A DNA stretch of 64,000 nucleotides, from positions 74,291,338 through 74,355,337 of the forward strand of contig JASCQW010000132.1 of assembly GCA_030264375.1 (NCBI GenBank). The letters run 5' to 3'. The translations under genes were made by a program, and so were the position numbers. Below, piece by piece: positions 1-12,187 of this stretch (its first letter is position 1; every line of letters starts with the position of its first letter). Source of the stretch: Carcharhinus longimanus. Its lineage: Eukaryota. The notes beneath the pieces are model-generated. The model was given only the letters and a program-made list of their open reading frames with translations. It was not told the DNA's origin and ran no database searches.

Positions 1-467
1 TTGAAACCCCCAAGATCCCTCTGCCAACTGTGAAAATGCTGGCAGGTTTGTAATAATTTATAATTGCCAAAGATCAGAGGAATTACTACCTACAGAAACA
101 AAGGCACTTTAGCTTGAGCTTTGATAAATATTTAAATAATTCAAAACATATAATTAACTGATTGCTTGGATGATTAACAATTAAAGCCATCAGGTAACAT
201 GGATCTAATTAGTTGGTTTCTATGCACATTTAAGTGAGGAAACTAGTTCAGTTTCCACTTTTGATGATGTGAGTGTTTGACTTCTATTGTTAAGACACAG
301 CAGGTTTCCAGTGACCAAGTTTGAAAGCAGGTAACAGCCAGTGGAAGTTTTCAGAAGTAGCAGAAAGCTCTCATTTAACTGAATTGATGCCACTAAATAG
401 GTAATGACATTTAGAACATTTGTTAAATTACTCAGGGAGCACAGAGACAAAAATGTTGTATTCGTCT

Positions 468-790
468 AAAAGGGTTTGAAAAGGTAGATTCCGGAAGGAT
501 GTTTCTCCTGGTCAGGGAGTCTGGAACTAAGGGTTCCAACACCAGAATAAGGGGTTAGGAGAAATTTCTGCACTCAAGATTACTGTAAATCTTTGAAATT
601 CTCAATCCCTGAGGGTTGTAGATGTTCAGTCATTGTGTAAATTTGAGAAAAAGATAGAATGATTTTGGATATGAAGGGACCAAGTGATATGTGTAAGAAG
701 ATGCAGCTAAGTTAACGAATGAACCATGAGTTTCTTGAATGATGAAGCAGACTAGAAGGTTCATATTGTCTACACTAGATTTTATTTCCT
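468..790 (+). mobile_element. CR1 (HER1-like) LINE, decayed 3' end
   Basis: Resembles the CR1 ORF2 C-terminus/3'UTR (gggtttgaaaaggtagat...ggatgtttctcctggtcagggagtctggaactaaggg...gtaaatctttgaaattctc), ending in a T-rich tail. Confidence 0.7.
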
Positions 791-826
791 TTTTTTTAAT
801 ATAAGTCATACAGGGCAGATGAGGAA

Positions 827-1400
827 GGGCTAAAAATTCAGTGGCACCTATTATGGAGGGGCAGCCTTGAGATTCATAACCTGCCCACACCAGTGCCTGT
901 TATGGCATTGTGTTACCTCCTCTTTTTTTTCTTGAATGATTTCAATCTGCAACTCAAGATAACCTGATGGTTAATTGGCTGCATATACTTAACAGGGAAC
1001 CGAATAACATTCAAATCTAGCTCTTGCGCCAGATAGCCTCCAATTCTTAAAGATAGCCTGTCCCTGTTAAAGAGAAGCTGCAGTGAATGAAAAGAGGCTA
1101 CTGTTAACTATCAATGCTGCAATTGGAGAGAAGGGGAAATAGAAAATTAGGGCAGTGAGAGGGCTTTGCAGTTCACAGATGCCATGCTGGAAGCCTTAGT
1201 CATGGAGATGGACAAGAGGAGAGATACCATATTTCCACAGAGATGGTCCTCACCGAGCATCTATTAAAATCAATGACCAGGGCTATCAACATAATTAATC
1301 TGGCCCCAAGCAGCACTCAGGCTCCACCCTCTTCAGTTCATACCTGTTCAATTCATCTGCCATCTCCTTGTTTTACATTATCACTTATCCAGACTCATTT
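827..1400 (+). mobile_element. Decayed PIF/Harbinger left end with Myb/SANT ORF remnant
   Basis: Begins gggctaaaaattc (Harbinger-like terminus). About 1155-1245 translates RALQFTDAMLEALVMEMDKRRDTIFPQ, similar to the Harbinger Myb/SANT motif R.PRF.D..LE.L...V..RR..L.P. Confidence 0.65.
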
Positions 1401-1997
1401 TCTATAGGACCAATATTCAATTTGTTAACTTGTCTCATTTTAAAATATTTACAAAAACACTGGGTGTGATTTTTCCCAGTCTGCTGCAACACTCTAGAAG
1501 TGCAATGTGCTGGGATACATCAGCTGAGGCCATTTAGTGGGCTCCCTGCTGGGCACCATGGCCTCTGTGTGGCTCCTAGCAAGTTTTCTGGAGTTGTAAT
1601 ATTGAAATACGGAATTCCCTATCATTAGTGGGCCCAGTCTCTGAGTCCACTAGCCTCTTCCCCAATGCTTCCCTGTAAGGAGTGTTTCCCCCAGAAGGTT
1701 GGGGGTAAATGGGGCAGGTGCCTCCTGGACATTGCCAGTTTGGCAATCATATTATGGTCGCTGCTACCAAGGGTTCCACTTGAATGGCCTTCACTGCTCA
1801 GGTGTGCAGCCACTCAATGGCCCAGATCTCCTGGCAAAGTCATCAGTGGTGTATGTGTCAGTAACTGGATGACCTACTTACCAACCTACACACCTTGTAC
1901 TTAATGCTGGCTGCACACTAAAATAATTCAAAGTGGCAAACAGAACATAGTTTGCATACTGCTGCATCAGAAGAAAAATTGCAAACTAATCACACTT

Positions 1998-2264
1998 GGG
2001 TGAAATTTCCAGCAATGACTGGGGGCAGGAGTCCCAAAACCTCCTTGGCTGGATGGGAGGAAGGTTCATTTTTGCTACAGCTGACTTTCATGGCATCTTT
2101 GGGCCCCACTTGTCACCATGACAGCATGAGGCATTCCTCCCTGCTTTTTTGAATGAACCGCCACAAGATCTGGACAGAAAATCTGCCTGTTTCTCCGGAG
2201 AGAAACACACCGGTTTGCAGTCAGATCCTGGCGCTTTTTTCACATTTTAGTAAATTTCTGCCCT
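1998..2264. mobile_element. Harbinger-type MITE
   Basis: Termini gggtgaaatttcc ... gtaaatttctgccc form imperfect inverted repeats like the other MITEs in the window. Confidence 0.6.
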
Positions 2265-2586
2265 GAGCGTTGACTCACTTTTTGAATGACTTGCAGTACC
2301 TGCTTCAGCCACAGAGCAACTACTCTTTAAAAGGTGCAGGCCAGCTTTAACTCATGTTAATAGCTTCTTCAACCACGGCTTAGATGCAGCCAGTGACCCA
2401 GATCTCCTAGTCAGTGACAATGTTAGTGGGTGTGTGAGTGTTTAACTGGATGACTGATTGACCAATGAACCGGTCTACCTACTTTGTGCTTAGTGTTGAA
2501 TGCACACTAAAATAAATTAAAGTAGCAAACAGAACATAGTTTGCATGCTGCCTGCATTGGAAGTAACAAATGCAGATTAATCACAG

Positions 2587-2806
2587 TCACCCACCCACTC
2601 ATCCATTCAACAACTGACTCACTTACCCACACATTCACACTCCCACTCATTACCTCACTCACCCAGTCGTTCACTACTTATTCATTCAGCCTTCCACTCA
2701 CTCAGTCACTGACCCCCTCACCCACCCACACACTAACTGACTCACCTATCCATGCACTCACGCACTCACTCATTCCCCCACTCACCCATCCATTCATTCA
2801 CTCACA
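2587..2806 (+). repeat. Degenerate (CACT/CATT)n low-complexity tract
   Basis: Repeated cactca/cattca/cacc units; explains the Thr/His/Ser-rich ORF 2541..2825. Confidence 0.85.
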
Positions 2807-3463
2807 AAACATTTGCGATCTTTAAACACTTACCTAAATATTATTACTTATGAGATAAAAGATGGTGTGACCTCTGCACTGCTCCCTATGGATGGCTTTG
2901 CTCATTCATCTCTGCTGCAGCTAGGACTGACTGGAAAGACGCAAACGGTAAGGGCAAACCAAACTGCATCACCAGCGGCTATAATCCCACCATCACTGCT
3001 GACAGGAAAATCTGAGCCACCGTTTCACCTGAGTTTGAAATGTTAATGCTAAGGTTATTCTATCAGTGTAAGACTATGGTAAGCCACTAAAAACGAACAG
3101 TAATGATGAAGGAATACCGTGAACAATGACATCAATGAGGAAGTAATTTCTCTGGGATTATTCAAAGTGAGTTGGTAGATGACTACATTATTAGATTTTG
3201 AAAATAAAGGTGCCTCATAATGCCTCAATGTGCTTCAATGTGATTGTCAATGTGATTGACAAGATCAATATATCCTATATTTACTGTTCATACTGGATTG
3301 TGCTTGAGAAGGCTGTAGTGAGACTTTCTCTTGAAGTCTATGTTGAGTAGGTACAGCCACAATACTACTAAGAGGGAATACTAAGACTTTAACCCAGCAA
3401 CAATGGAAAATGATGATATAGTGATAAATTGGAGCAGTATGTTAAAATATTTTTTATTTTAAA

Positions 3464-3736
3464 AAAGTAAAAGTTTATTTATTAGTCATAAGTAAGCTTA
3501 CATTAACATTGCAATGCAGTTACTGTGAAATTTCCCTAATCACCATAGTTCAGAGCCTGTTTGGGTCAATGCATCTAACCAGCATGTTTTTCAGACTATG
3601 GAGAAAAGCGGAGCACCCAGGGGAAAACCACACAGACATGGGGAGAATGTGCAGACAATGACCCAAGCTGGAAATCGAACCCTGGTTCCTGGTGCTGTGA
3701 AACAGCGGTGCTAACCACTGTGCTACCGTGCTGCCC
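3464..3736 (-). mobile_element. HE1/V-SINE, tail type B
   Basis: Reverse strand gives tRNA head gggcagcacggtagcacagtggttagcac with B box ggttcgatttcc, the V-domain, and tail ...gactaataaataaacttt. Confidence 0.92.
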
Positions 3737-3854
3737 AAACAAACCGTGTTTGTGACAGGGAGGGGAATTTGGAGGTCATGCTGTTCCCCCACACCTGCTG
3801 GTCATGGTGGTGAAGGTTGTTTGTTTGGGAGTGTTATGCATTTGGGGAAGTTAC

Positions 3855-4029
3855 TGTGCTGTGACATGGCCCTTTTAAGAGGACAGTCATGTGATTGCTC
3901 CATGACATCATTGGGGTCTCCACAGGCTGCGAGCAGTTGGGATTTGAATGCTGTAATGTGAACATCCATTAAATAAAACCTGTCTGCTCTTTCTACCTAA
4001 AACCCTCATGTGCCTCCCAAATTGTAACA
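3855..4029 (+). mobile_element. Solo LTR (Gypsy-like)
   Basis: TG...CA termini, internal AATAAA, and flanks gttac/gttag (near-TSD). The start (catggcccttttaagagg) resembles the Gypsy LTR at 55942. Confidence 0.65.
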
Positions 4030-4229
4030 GTTAGTGCACTCCCAGCCTCAGACGATACTATAGGGAGATGCTGTCAAAGAAGCCTTAATGAATCAAATCA
4101 TTGTCTCATGGGCTAAATACAAACCTGTGCCAATCATGATGTACCTCAACTGTTATCAGTGCAAATTGGAAAATGTACCTCTATGATTAAACTTTACATT
4201 TCCCACCACCTAATCAAATGGGCGATTTG

Positions 4230-4440
4230 AGATTTTGAGGTGACTTGAGCAAAGTTTTCAAGATTATGGAGGAAGTTAGCACATTTGATCCACCAAGAAC
4301 TCTGGCAAAAGATTACAAACCACAAGTTAAAAATTATGAAGCATGAATTTACCATAAGTGGATACCTACTCTTGGAAGCCACAACACTGTTTGTTATCCA
4401 GCTGCCGCTGGCTACAGATTGAGGCACTTCATTGGGACCT
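4230..4440 (+). mobile_element. Very old CR1 3' ORF fragment
   Basis: gaggtgacttgagcaaagttttcaagattatgg resembles the CR1 RGDLIEVFKIM motif. Confidence 0.5.
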
Positions 4441-5252
4441 GCAGCATATTTCACAATGAGTTAGTTTGTATTAGTGAGGGAATTAATAGTTTGTTTCAGT
4501 GTTTAGCACATTAAATGCACAGGACTGACTGTGTGCAAACTGTATCAATGGAAATGTAGTAATGCAGAAAATGAATGGAACTAGTCAATTGTAATAATGG
4601 CCCATTCAAAGTAATTATGTTTTACTTAAATTCTGAAACAAATAAGGTAGCAACAATTGCAAAATATATATAACAACACTAATCTGAATTTGAATAAATT
4701 CGTTCTTGATCCTTAAATGTTGTGTCTTAAAATTTTGATTTTTTTTTTGTTTGAACTTTGAATGATTTATAGCGGTTCCTGAAACCAAAATGATCTGAAT
4801 TGAGTCTTTAGATTGATTCAGAAAAACCTGAAATTGGCTCAGTCCAAATGCAGTGGCACCTGTTCCTTTAAAGTGGCAGTATCACCTCATTGGGAATTTT
4901 TGGCGAGGCACAGTTATTGGAACAGTGATTTATACATTCTGCCAAGGAGAGTCTGCACAGAAGCAGGATTTTTTTTCCCCAATGTGTGATTTATGTTTTA
5001 AGCTTTCAATTAATGTAAAAACTCATTGCAACAGGCATGACAGACAATTCAGTAACATCACAACACTACCAATTACACTGGGCCATGATTTGTTGCTGTA
5101 ACATGGCAACTAACAGTATCTGCCATTAGTTCAACTTGTCTTTACATGTTTTTTGGATCTTTTTTGAAACAAGTTGCTGAAAATGCACTTTGACAAAGTA
5201 ACTGTGAGGGAAACCATGTGTGTGGGATCTGAATGAACAGAGAAAGAACTCT

Positions 5253-8065
5253 GCCATAAGATTTTGCCCAAATGTTAGTGCCGTGTAAAAAATGGAGTGT
5301 TCCCCACTAATGGCGGGGCAATCCAAATTTAATGGCCATTAGTATTCATTTTTATTTCACACTGCCCCAGTGGCGCAGTCCCTCTGATTTGCCTGCCACC
5401 TAATGATTTGACCGCTGTAAGCACTGGAGAGCTCCAATGGAAACGGCTCCCCCAGCACATGTTCCACAATGACTGCAAGGGATGGTGGTCATGATGAGAG
5501 CACCGTTCGTTTTGGACGGAGCCGTCACCAGACTGCTGGATGGAGTGGAGCAGAGGCAGGATACCTTATGCCCCTACTCCAGCGGGCGGCCATCCCACAG
5601 GGTGACCATCCCCTCCAGGGGTGTAACGGCAACCCTGGTAAGTACAAGCACGTTCCAGAAGAAGACAGGACAGCATTGCTGGAAGGAGATGAATGATCTT
5701 TGCTCAGCCAAGTGAACCACCCCTGGTCTTCCACTGGACCCCCTCGCACACCTCTCGCGTCTCCAACCTTCTCTTTCACTCATCTGCCTCGGATTTTGCC
5801 AACATCAGGCACCAGGTCCACCCCCATCCTCACAATCAACATTTACCCCCTGCAGTAGCCTCTATGCTCTACACATTCTGTGTTATTGCTAGACAAACTT
5901 AACCACAACAGGCGTGAGCAGGTGCAGCCATCTGGAATAATTCCAGGGCTCTGAACCGTCACATGCTTTGAGGAGGGAGTCCTTGAGATGGTCAGGGAGG
6001 AGGAAGAGTATGCCTGTGCTGCTAGTGAAGTCAGGGGGTAGCAGAGAAATATGAAAATCTTCAACACATATGCTGCTGTTCCTCAAGTCTCACTTGAATA
6101 ATCAATGTTCCCTCCATATCCCCTGTAATACACTGATGTCATGTCCGTTCCCTAGTGGGCCAGTCCATGGAACAGGCCAGACCATCTTCATACCCCCTAA
6201 ACCCACCGGCCACCAGCAACTCAGAGCAGGACTTCTCCAACACCACTATTGATAAAGCGTCACAGCTGTCACCCGGACCTAGCACCAGTGCAGGTACTCA
6301 CACTCCAATGAGGCAAGCTTCTGGGTCACTCATTGGTGAGCACCTCACAACTGAACATCCACACAGGATGGAGGCAATGACGTACCAGGGAACTGACACC
6401 CGGATGTTGGAGCCCTGGACTCTGCTGAGCCTCTTGTCGATGGTGTACTACTGGCCTCATTCGTCCTATTCTGAAGCTGCAAAGGCAAAGTTACAAGCAT
6501 CAGGAAGGGATAACAGCAGCCCTCCTCGAGTGCAAGGCCGGCTATAGGAGTCCCACTGCTTTCTATCTGAGAAGATGGAGCACACTGAGGCCAACACTGA
6601 GAGAGTAGTGTCCGTAGTGGTGCAGGACGTGCATTCCATGGCAGGAGATGCCCATATCATGTTACAGGGCTTTGACTGCTTGGTGCAGGCACTGGTGGGA
6701 AACCATGCGTGTCAGCACCAGAGGACAGCGGGTTCTGGATCTTACTCCAGTTGCCCCTCCATCCCATGGAGGAGCACAAGGACCCCCAGGAATTAGAAGG
6801 GAAAAGATCAGCAGGAGGATCCAAGGCATCTCCAGGCAATCTGACACACCTCTCCCAGTGTGCGACATATCTCCAGCCCCTGACACAGAGGAGAGAGGCA
6901 GTTAAACACTGGTGCTGCCTGAAAGAAGCCTGGACCCTCAAGGTCCTGGCACTCCAGGGATGCCCGCCAAGATAATCTCAGACAAAATGATGTGTAAGTC
7001 AGCAGGATGCCTCAACTTCACCTCTGGATCCTGGAGATGCACCCAGCCATAGTGGGAGGGTCAGGAAGATTAATGAACTGTAGGCACTTAGTGGGCATAC
7101 GTGAATATAGGCACTAGTGTAAATAGGTCACCACTTGTTCTGAATGTTTNNNNNNNNNNNNNNNNNNNNNNNNNNNNNNNNNNNNNNNNNNNNNNNNNNN
7201 NNNNNNNNNNNNNNNNNNNNNNNNNNNNNNNNNNNNNNNNNNNNNNNNNNNNNNNNNNNNNNNNNNNNNNNNNNNNNNNNNNNNNNNNNNNNNNNNNNNN
7301 NNNNNNNNNNNNNNNNNNNNNNNNNNNNNNNNNNNNNNNNNNNNNNNNNNNNNNNNNNNNNNNNNNNNNNNNNNNNNNNNNNNNNNNNNNNNNNNNNNNN
7401 NNNNNNNNNNNNNNNNNNNNNNNNNNNNNNNNNNNNNNNNNNNNNNNNNNNNNNNNNNNNNNNNNNNNNNNNNNNNNNNNNNNNNNNNNNNNNNNNNNNN
7501 NNNNNNNNNNNNNNNNNNNNNNNNNNNNNNNNNNNNNNNNNNNNNNNNNNNNNNNNNNNNNNNNNNNNNNNNNNNNNNNNNNNNNNNNNNNNNNNNNNNN
7601 NNNNNNNNNNNNNNNNNNNNNNNNNNNNNNNNNNNNNNNNNNNNNNNNNNNNNNNNNNNNNNNNNNNNNNNNNNNNNNNNNNNNNNNNNNNNNNNNNNNN
7701 NNNNNNNNNNNNNNNNNNNNNNNNNNNNNNNNNNNNNNNNNNNNNNNNNNNNNNNNNNNNNNNNNNNNNNNNNNNNNNNNNNNNNNNNNNNNNNNNNGAG
7801 ATATTTTCTAATTTAAATTTTAAGAAGTTGTACTGTTGATCATTAGAATGCAGCATTCTACTTCTTTCAAGCTGGGAGGCCTTTTGTTCTCCAACATCAG
7901 GAGCATCTCCATCATCCTTAATTGGATGGTGAGTCTGCCCTCTGGCCTCTTACTGGTGTCCCTGGAGAAAATGGCAATGAGTAACTGTTTCCCACACTGT
8001 GTGGGCTTCTGCGATACATTTCAGTCTCTTGATGAGTTTCGGAAATTCACTGGGAAAATACTGCC
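5253..8065 (+). mobile_element. Decayed PIF/Harbinger DNA transposon spanning the 7150-7797 gap
   Basis: Contains a Myb/SANT pseudogene and Harbinger-like subterminal sequence; right terminus gggaaaatactgcc at about 8052-8065. Continuity across the gap is inferred. Confidence 0.6.
5482..7080 (+). pseudogene. Harbinger Myb/SANT-like DNA-binding protein gene, 3 exons, disrupted
   Basis: Exon 1: RAPFVLDGAVTRLLDGVEQRQDTLCP...KKTGQHCWKEMNDL. GT at 5712 and AG at 5891-92. Exon 2: DKLNHNRREQ...TCFEEGVLEMV. AG at 6154-55 precedes a low-complexity exon 3. Stops and frameshifts are present. Confidence 0.8.
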
Positions 8066-8073
8066 TAAAGACT

Positions 8074-8399
8074 GGGTGGTACAGTATTTAGCACTACTAC
8101 CTCACATCTTCAGGGACCTGGGTTTAATTCCCGGCTTGGGTCACTGTTTGTGTGGAGTTTGTACATTCTCCCTGTGGCTGCGTGGGTTTCTTCTGGGTGC
8201 TCCGGTTTCCTCCCACAGTCCAAAGATGTGCGGGTTAGGTGCATGGACCATGCTAAATTGCCCCGGGATGCGTAGGTTAGAGGGATTAGTGGGGTAATTA
8301 TGTGAGATTACTGGGATAGAGCCTAGGTGGGATTGTTGTTGGTGCAGACTCGATGGACCAAATGACCTCTTTCTGTTCTGTACGGTTTCTATGATTCTG
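8074..8399 (+). mobile_element. HE1/V-SINE, tail type A (CR1-like)
   Basis: tRNA head, V-domain tgtggagtttgtacattctccc...ggtttcctcccacagtccaaagatgtgc, and tail ...tttctatgattct. Confidence 0.92.
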
Positions 8400-8984
8400 T
8401 GAGCTCAATCTCCCAAGTTTGTTGTTGCAAATTATCAGATAACCATTTCAGATTCTAAGCAGTTAGGACTGAGAGGGTAAACAAATAATCACGAACATGA
8501 GGCAAGATAGGCATGAATAATAAGAAAGTTCCTGATTTTTTTTTCAGTGAGATATTTAGTCACTGACGGGACAAGTGCAGAATGTTTTGAATAAAGTGGG
8601 AGAAAGTCACCATTAAGAATTAACCAGATCTTTAGTAGTGCTGGTGGACAACATGCTTATGTAATTGAATGACCTGAAAATACGATAAAATTATGACTTA
8701 CATGATTTTCTGGGACATTTTCACATCTCCCGCTGTTACCCTTGCTGAAACAATAAACAGTTATTGTTAATTATGATAACTGTCCCTCCCCCTGCCCACT
8801 ACAATTAAAATGAATGGCAGTCATTAATTTGCTAAATAAATGCTGTTTTGATCACCATTACCATTAGACCTTTGAAGCATTCCAACTTCAATTAATATTA
8901 GTCCAATTCAGATGCTGTTTTGTTCCTTAGGTTTTTTTTGTACTTCAATTGTATATAGCTTGTATTACCAAAATTATTTAATTA

Positions 8985-9385
8985 CTGTCAGAGAGTGGCA
9001 AGTATCTCAGCTCCTGACTCTCCAAANNNNNNNNNNNNNNNNNNNNNNNNNNNNNNNNNNNNNNNNNNNNNNNNNNNNNNNNNNNNNNNNNNNNNNNNNN
9101 NNNNNNNNNNNNNNNNNNNNNNNNNNGTGGCAAGTATCTCAGCTCCTGACTTTCCAAAGTCTGCCTACCATCTACAAGGCACAGGTCCAGATTGTGAAAA
9201 ATACTCTCTACTTGCCTGGATGGGTGCAGCTCGAACAACTCAAGAAGCTAACAAAGTTGTCCATTTGATCTGCACCCCTTCCACCAACTTAACCATTCAC
9301 TCCCTCCACCACTGAAGCACAGTGGCAGCAGTATGTACTATGAACAAGATACCCTGCAAGAAGTCACCAAGGCGCCTTCACAGGC
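8985..9385 (+). mobile_element. CR1/L2-like LINE (family B) fragment
   Basis: QSLPTIYKAQV...LAWM motifs, the same as in the 22812-26035 copy. Confidence 0.8.
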
Positions 9386-9892
9386 AGCTGCAGCCAACTT
9401 CACAACAGCTAATTGCTTTCCATTTCCTGTTTTGTGGAAACATTGCAGTTAGGAACAATGGGAGTACCTGAAATGCATTCAAGCATGAAGTAAAATAGAA
9501 ATAAACACAGCTGACTGCATTCTGAGTAAAAACCATTAAGCTGTCAATCAAATGAGAGTTGAAAGGACTGGACTAAAATTGAATGGAAACAAAGGTTTTG
9601 AGAGTAATTCAAAGTATTTGAAAGTATTTCAAAGGCTCTTAGCTTTCTATAAAGGCTCAGGAACTTGAAATAAATGCTGTGTTAAAACAATGTCACTGAG
9701 TAAATATGGAAAATCACCCTGAGTGTAAGTGATTGGCCTGACAAGAGATCTTCTCATACCTGCAATGTCTTAGATATGTTGAATGGAGTGCAGTGATTGG
9801 AAGCCTTCCTGCTGTCTAGGGGGTGTGGAGATTTAAGCGATCAGGGACTTTGAATGATCTTAGAGGAGAGAGATGTTAATTTTGCTCCAAGA

Positions 9893-10092
9893 TGATATGG
9901 TGGCAGAATGGTTCGCACTGCTGCCTCACAGCACAGGGACCCAGGGACCTGGATTCAATTCCAGCCTTGGATGACTGTTTGTGTGGAGCTTGCATGTTCA
10001 CCCTGTGTCTCCATGGATTTACTCCGGGTGTGCCGGTCTCCTCCCACAGTCAAAAGATGTGCAGCTTAGGTTGACTGGCCATGTTAAATTGC
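9893..10092 (+). mobile_element. HE1/V-SINE, 3' truncated
   Basis: Head tggtggcagaatggttcgcactgctgcctcacag plus V-domain. Confidence 0.88.
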
Positions 10093-10231
10093 ATACCTCG
10101 AGATTCAGCTGTGTCTTGTCTAGGTGAATGTTATTGCCAGAACGACTAACTGACGAATCTTGGAGGAGTCCGACATGCCAGTTTAATATCCAGATCTAGA
10201 TCTAGTTACACAGTCTTGAGACAAAGGTTAA

Positions 10232-10648
10232 GAGCATAAGAACATAAGAAATACGAGCAGGAGTAGGCCATCTAGTCCTTCGAGCCTGCCCTGCCATTCA
10301 ATAAGATCATAGCTGATCTGAAGTGGATCAGTTCCACTTTCTCCCCATAACCCTTAATTCCCTTGTCTATCAAAAACCTATCTAACCGTGACTTAAATAT
10401 ATTTAGCGAGGTAGCCTCCACCACTTCAACGGGCAGAGAATTCCAGAGATTCACCACCCNNNNNNNNNNNNNNNNNNNNNNNNNNNNNNNNNNNNNNNNN
10501 NNNNNNNNNNNNNNNNNNNNNNNNNNNNNNNNNNNNNNNNNNNNNNNNNNNNNNNNNNNCTACCTCTACCCTATCCATCCCCTTCATTATCTTATACGTC
10601 TCTATAAGATCCTCCCTCATCCTTCTAAACTCCAACAAGTACAGACCT
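10232..10648 (-). mobile_element. Young CR1 (HER1-like) 3' end
   Basis: Encodes LEFRRMREDLIETYKIMKG and VNLWNSLP...FKSRLDRFL, with a (ttcttatg)n tail. Flanked by an aaggttaa direct repeat (10224-31 and 10649-56). Contains an internal gap. Confidence 0.9.
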
Positions 10649-11171
10649 AAGGTTAACCATTTGGAATACCAAGCCTCCAGAATGTGGAAGTGCCTTTCAA
10701 TTCAAGCCATAGCAGTACACAGTTCGCACTGTGGACAGCCTCCTAGGAAGGTGATAACTGGCATCATTCCCCCTGTTCAATATCATTTCTGGCATTATTT
10801 TTTATGTGCCCTGTGGGGATGCAGATCTTGTTGTCATACATTCTCTCTATTGCACTTTAACACTATGCAAGATCAGGACTTATTTTATTTGGCTGGGTTT
10901 GGAGGAGGGGGTGTTCTGGAATGTGTGGACAGATGCCATGAGACAATAGAGGCTCAACACTATTCATTCTGCTGGAGTACAGAGGAAGCAATGTGGGGAT
11001 GTGGCTGTCGTTTCAGAGAGGGTGGTGTGAGGGAGAGCAGAAATTTACACAGTCAATGGGAAGCACTGGGATGTAGGTCACAGATTCATGGACAATGAAG
11101 GTCAGGGCTCTGTGATGACTCCTTAGTGCTCACTTTGGTGTTCTTAATCTTTCAGTGCCTGATTCGTCAGA

Positions 11172-11551
11172 ATGATGGAGCTTGTTGAGTTGGTCTTCCT
11201 ACTGATTAGGATTGACAGCAGCAGAGACAACAACATACAGCTGTATATGGCCAGGACCAGTGGCCTGCAGCTGCTCAGAGAGCAACAGCAGAGATGATAG
11301 TGGCCACAAATCTTCCGATTTCGATATTCCTACCTTCAGTTGTCTGAGCAGCAGTGTCAGAGAAGACTATGTCAGGCCCGGGGGACAGTGGACCACCTCT
11401 GCCACATACTGCACAAGCTGACACTACATGATACTGGAAGATGCCCAATGCCTATAGCCCTTAAAGTTACACCACTTTGAACTTTTATACTAGTGGTATG
11501 TTCCAGGACTGCACAGAGAACATCTGTGGCATCTCCCAGTCTGCCACTCAC
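11172..11551 (+). pseudogene. Harbinger (HARBI1-like) DDE transposase N-terminal fragment
   Basis: Translates ...PQIFRFRYSYLQLSEQQCQRRLCQARGTVDHLCHIL...PMPIALKVT/TLNFYTSGMFQDCTENICGISQSATH, matching the Harbinger HTH region (LNFYA.GSFQ....D..GISQS). Has stops and a frameshift. Confidence 0.85.
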
Positions 11552-11714
11552 GTTCTGTAGGATGGTGGAAATGCAGCTTACAAAAGAAATAAGTTCAAAC
11601 TTGCTTCTTTCGTAAGCCGCATATCCACCACCTTACTGAAAAAAGTAAGCACTGGGCAGAGAAATACTGATAAATTGGGGATGAGAAAAAAGAATTGAAG
11701 TGTGAATAGGTAAC

Positions 11715-11905
11715 TTATACAATACGCCCAACCATAAAGCCCAAGATACTGTATGCTTTATTAACCACACTCNNNNNNNNNNNNNNNNNNNNNNNNNNNN
11801 NNNNNNNNNNNNNNNNNNNNNNNNNNNNNNNNNNNNNNNNNNNNNNNNNNNNNNNNNNNNNNNNNNNNNNNNNNNNNNNNNNNNNNNNNNNNNNNNNNTG
11901 AACCA
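11715..11905 (-). mobile_element. CR1 fragment around a gap
   Basis: VVNKAYSILGFM..R motif. Confidence 0.6.
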
Positions 11906-12187
11906 AGAGAGCTCAACATTTCTGGGGACTGTTTGTGTATTTTTTTCAAGAGAAATAAAATAGCTTTTCTGCTGAAATGAGCCTTATACTCTGCCTGCCA
12001 ATTCCATAAGAATTCCATACGATTCTTAAAAACAAATTCTTAAAAGGCAGACATAGGTGACACAGAGCCACACAAGGCATAAGTGTGAGGCACTTAACTT
12101 TGGCAATAAGATTGTAACCATATATCTATAAAGCCAGATGTTAGTATATTTTTGTCGGTGCAGACTCCTATACTGTTTGACTCTATC

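Larger units (their letters stand above)
3290..4090 (-). mobile_element. Old CR1/L2-like LINE (family B) 3' fragment interrupted by a SINE and a solo LTR
   Basis: 3290-3425 and 3740-3850 match the 3' region of the LINE copies at 22812+ and 27626+ (cttgagaagg..., gtgacagggaggggaatttggaggt...). Confidence 0.55.

Noticed and set aside
2541-2825. Thr/His/Ser-rich 94-aa ORF
   Set aside because: It is the translation of the (CACT)n low-complexity tract.
7101-7856. Long ORFs of 231-242 aa
   Set aside because: They consist almost entirely of N gap (X residues).
8995-9158. Direct repeat gtggcaagtatctcagctcctgact(c/t)tccaaa on both sides of a 100-N gap
   Set aside because: Most likely overlapping contig ends or alleles, an assembly artefact rather than a real duplication.
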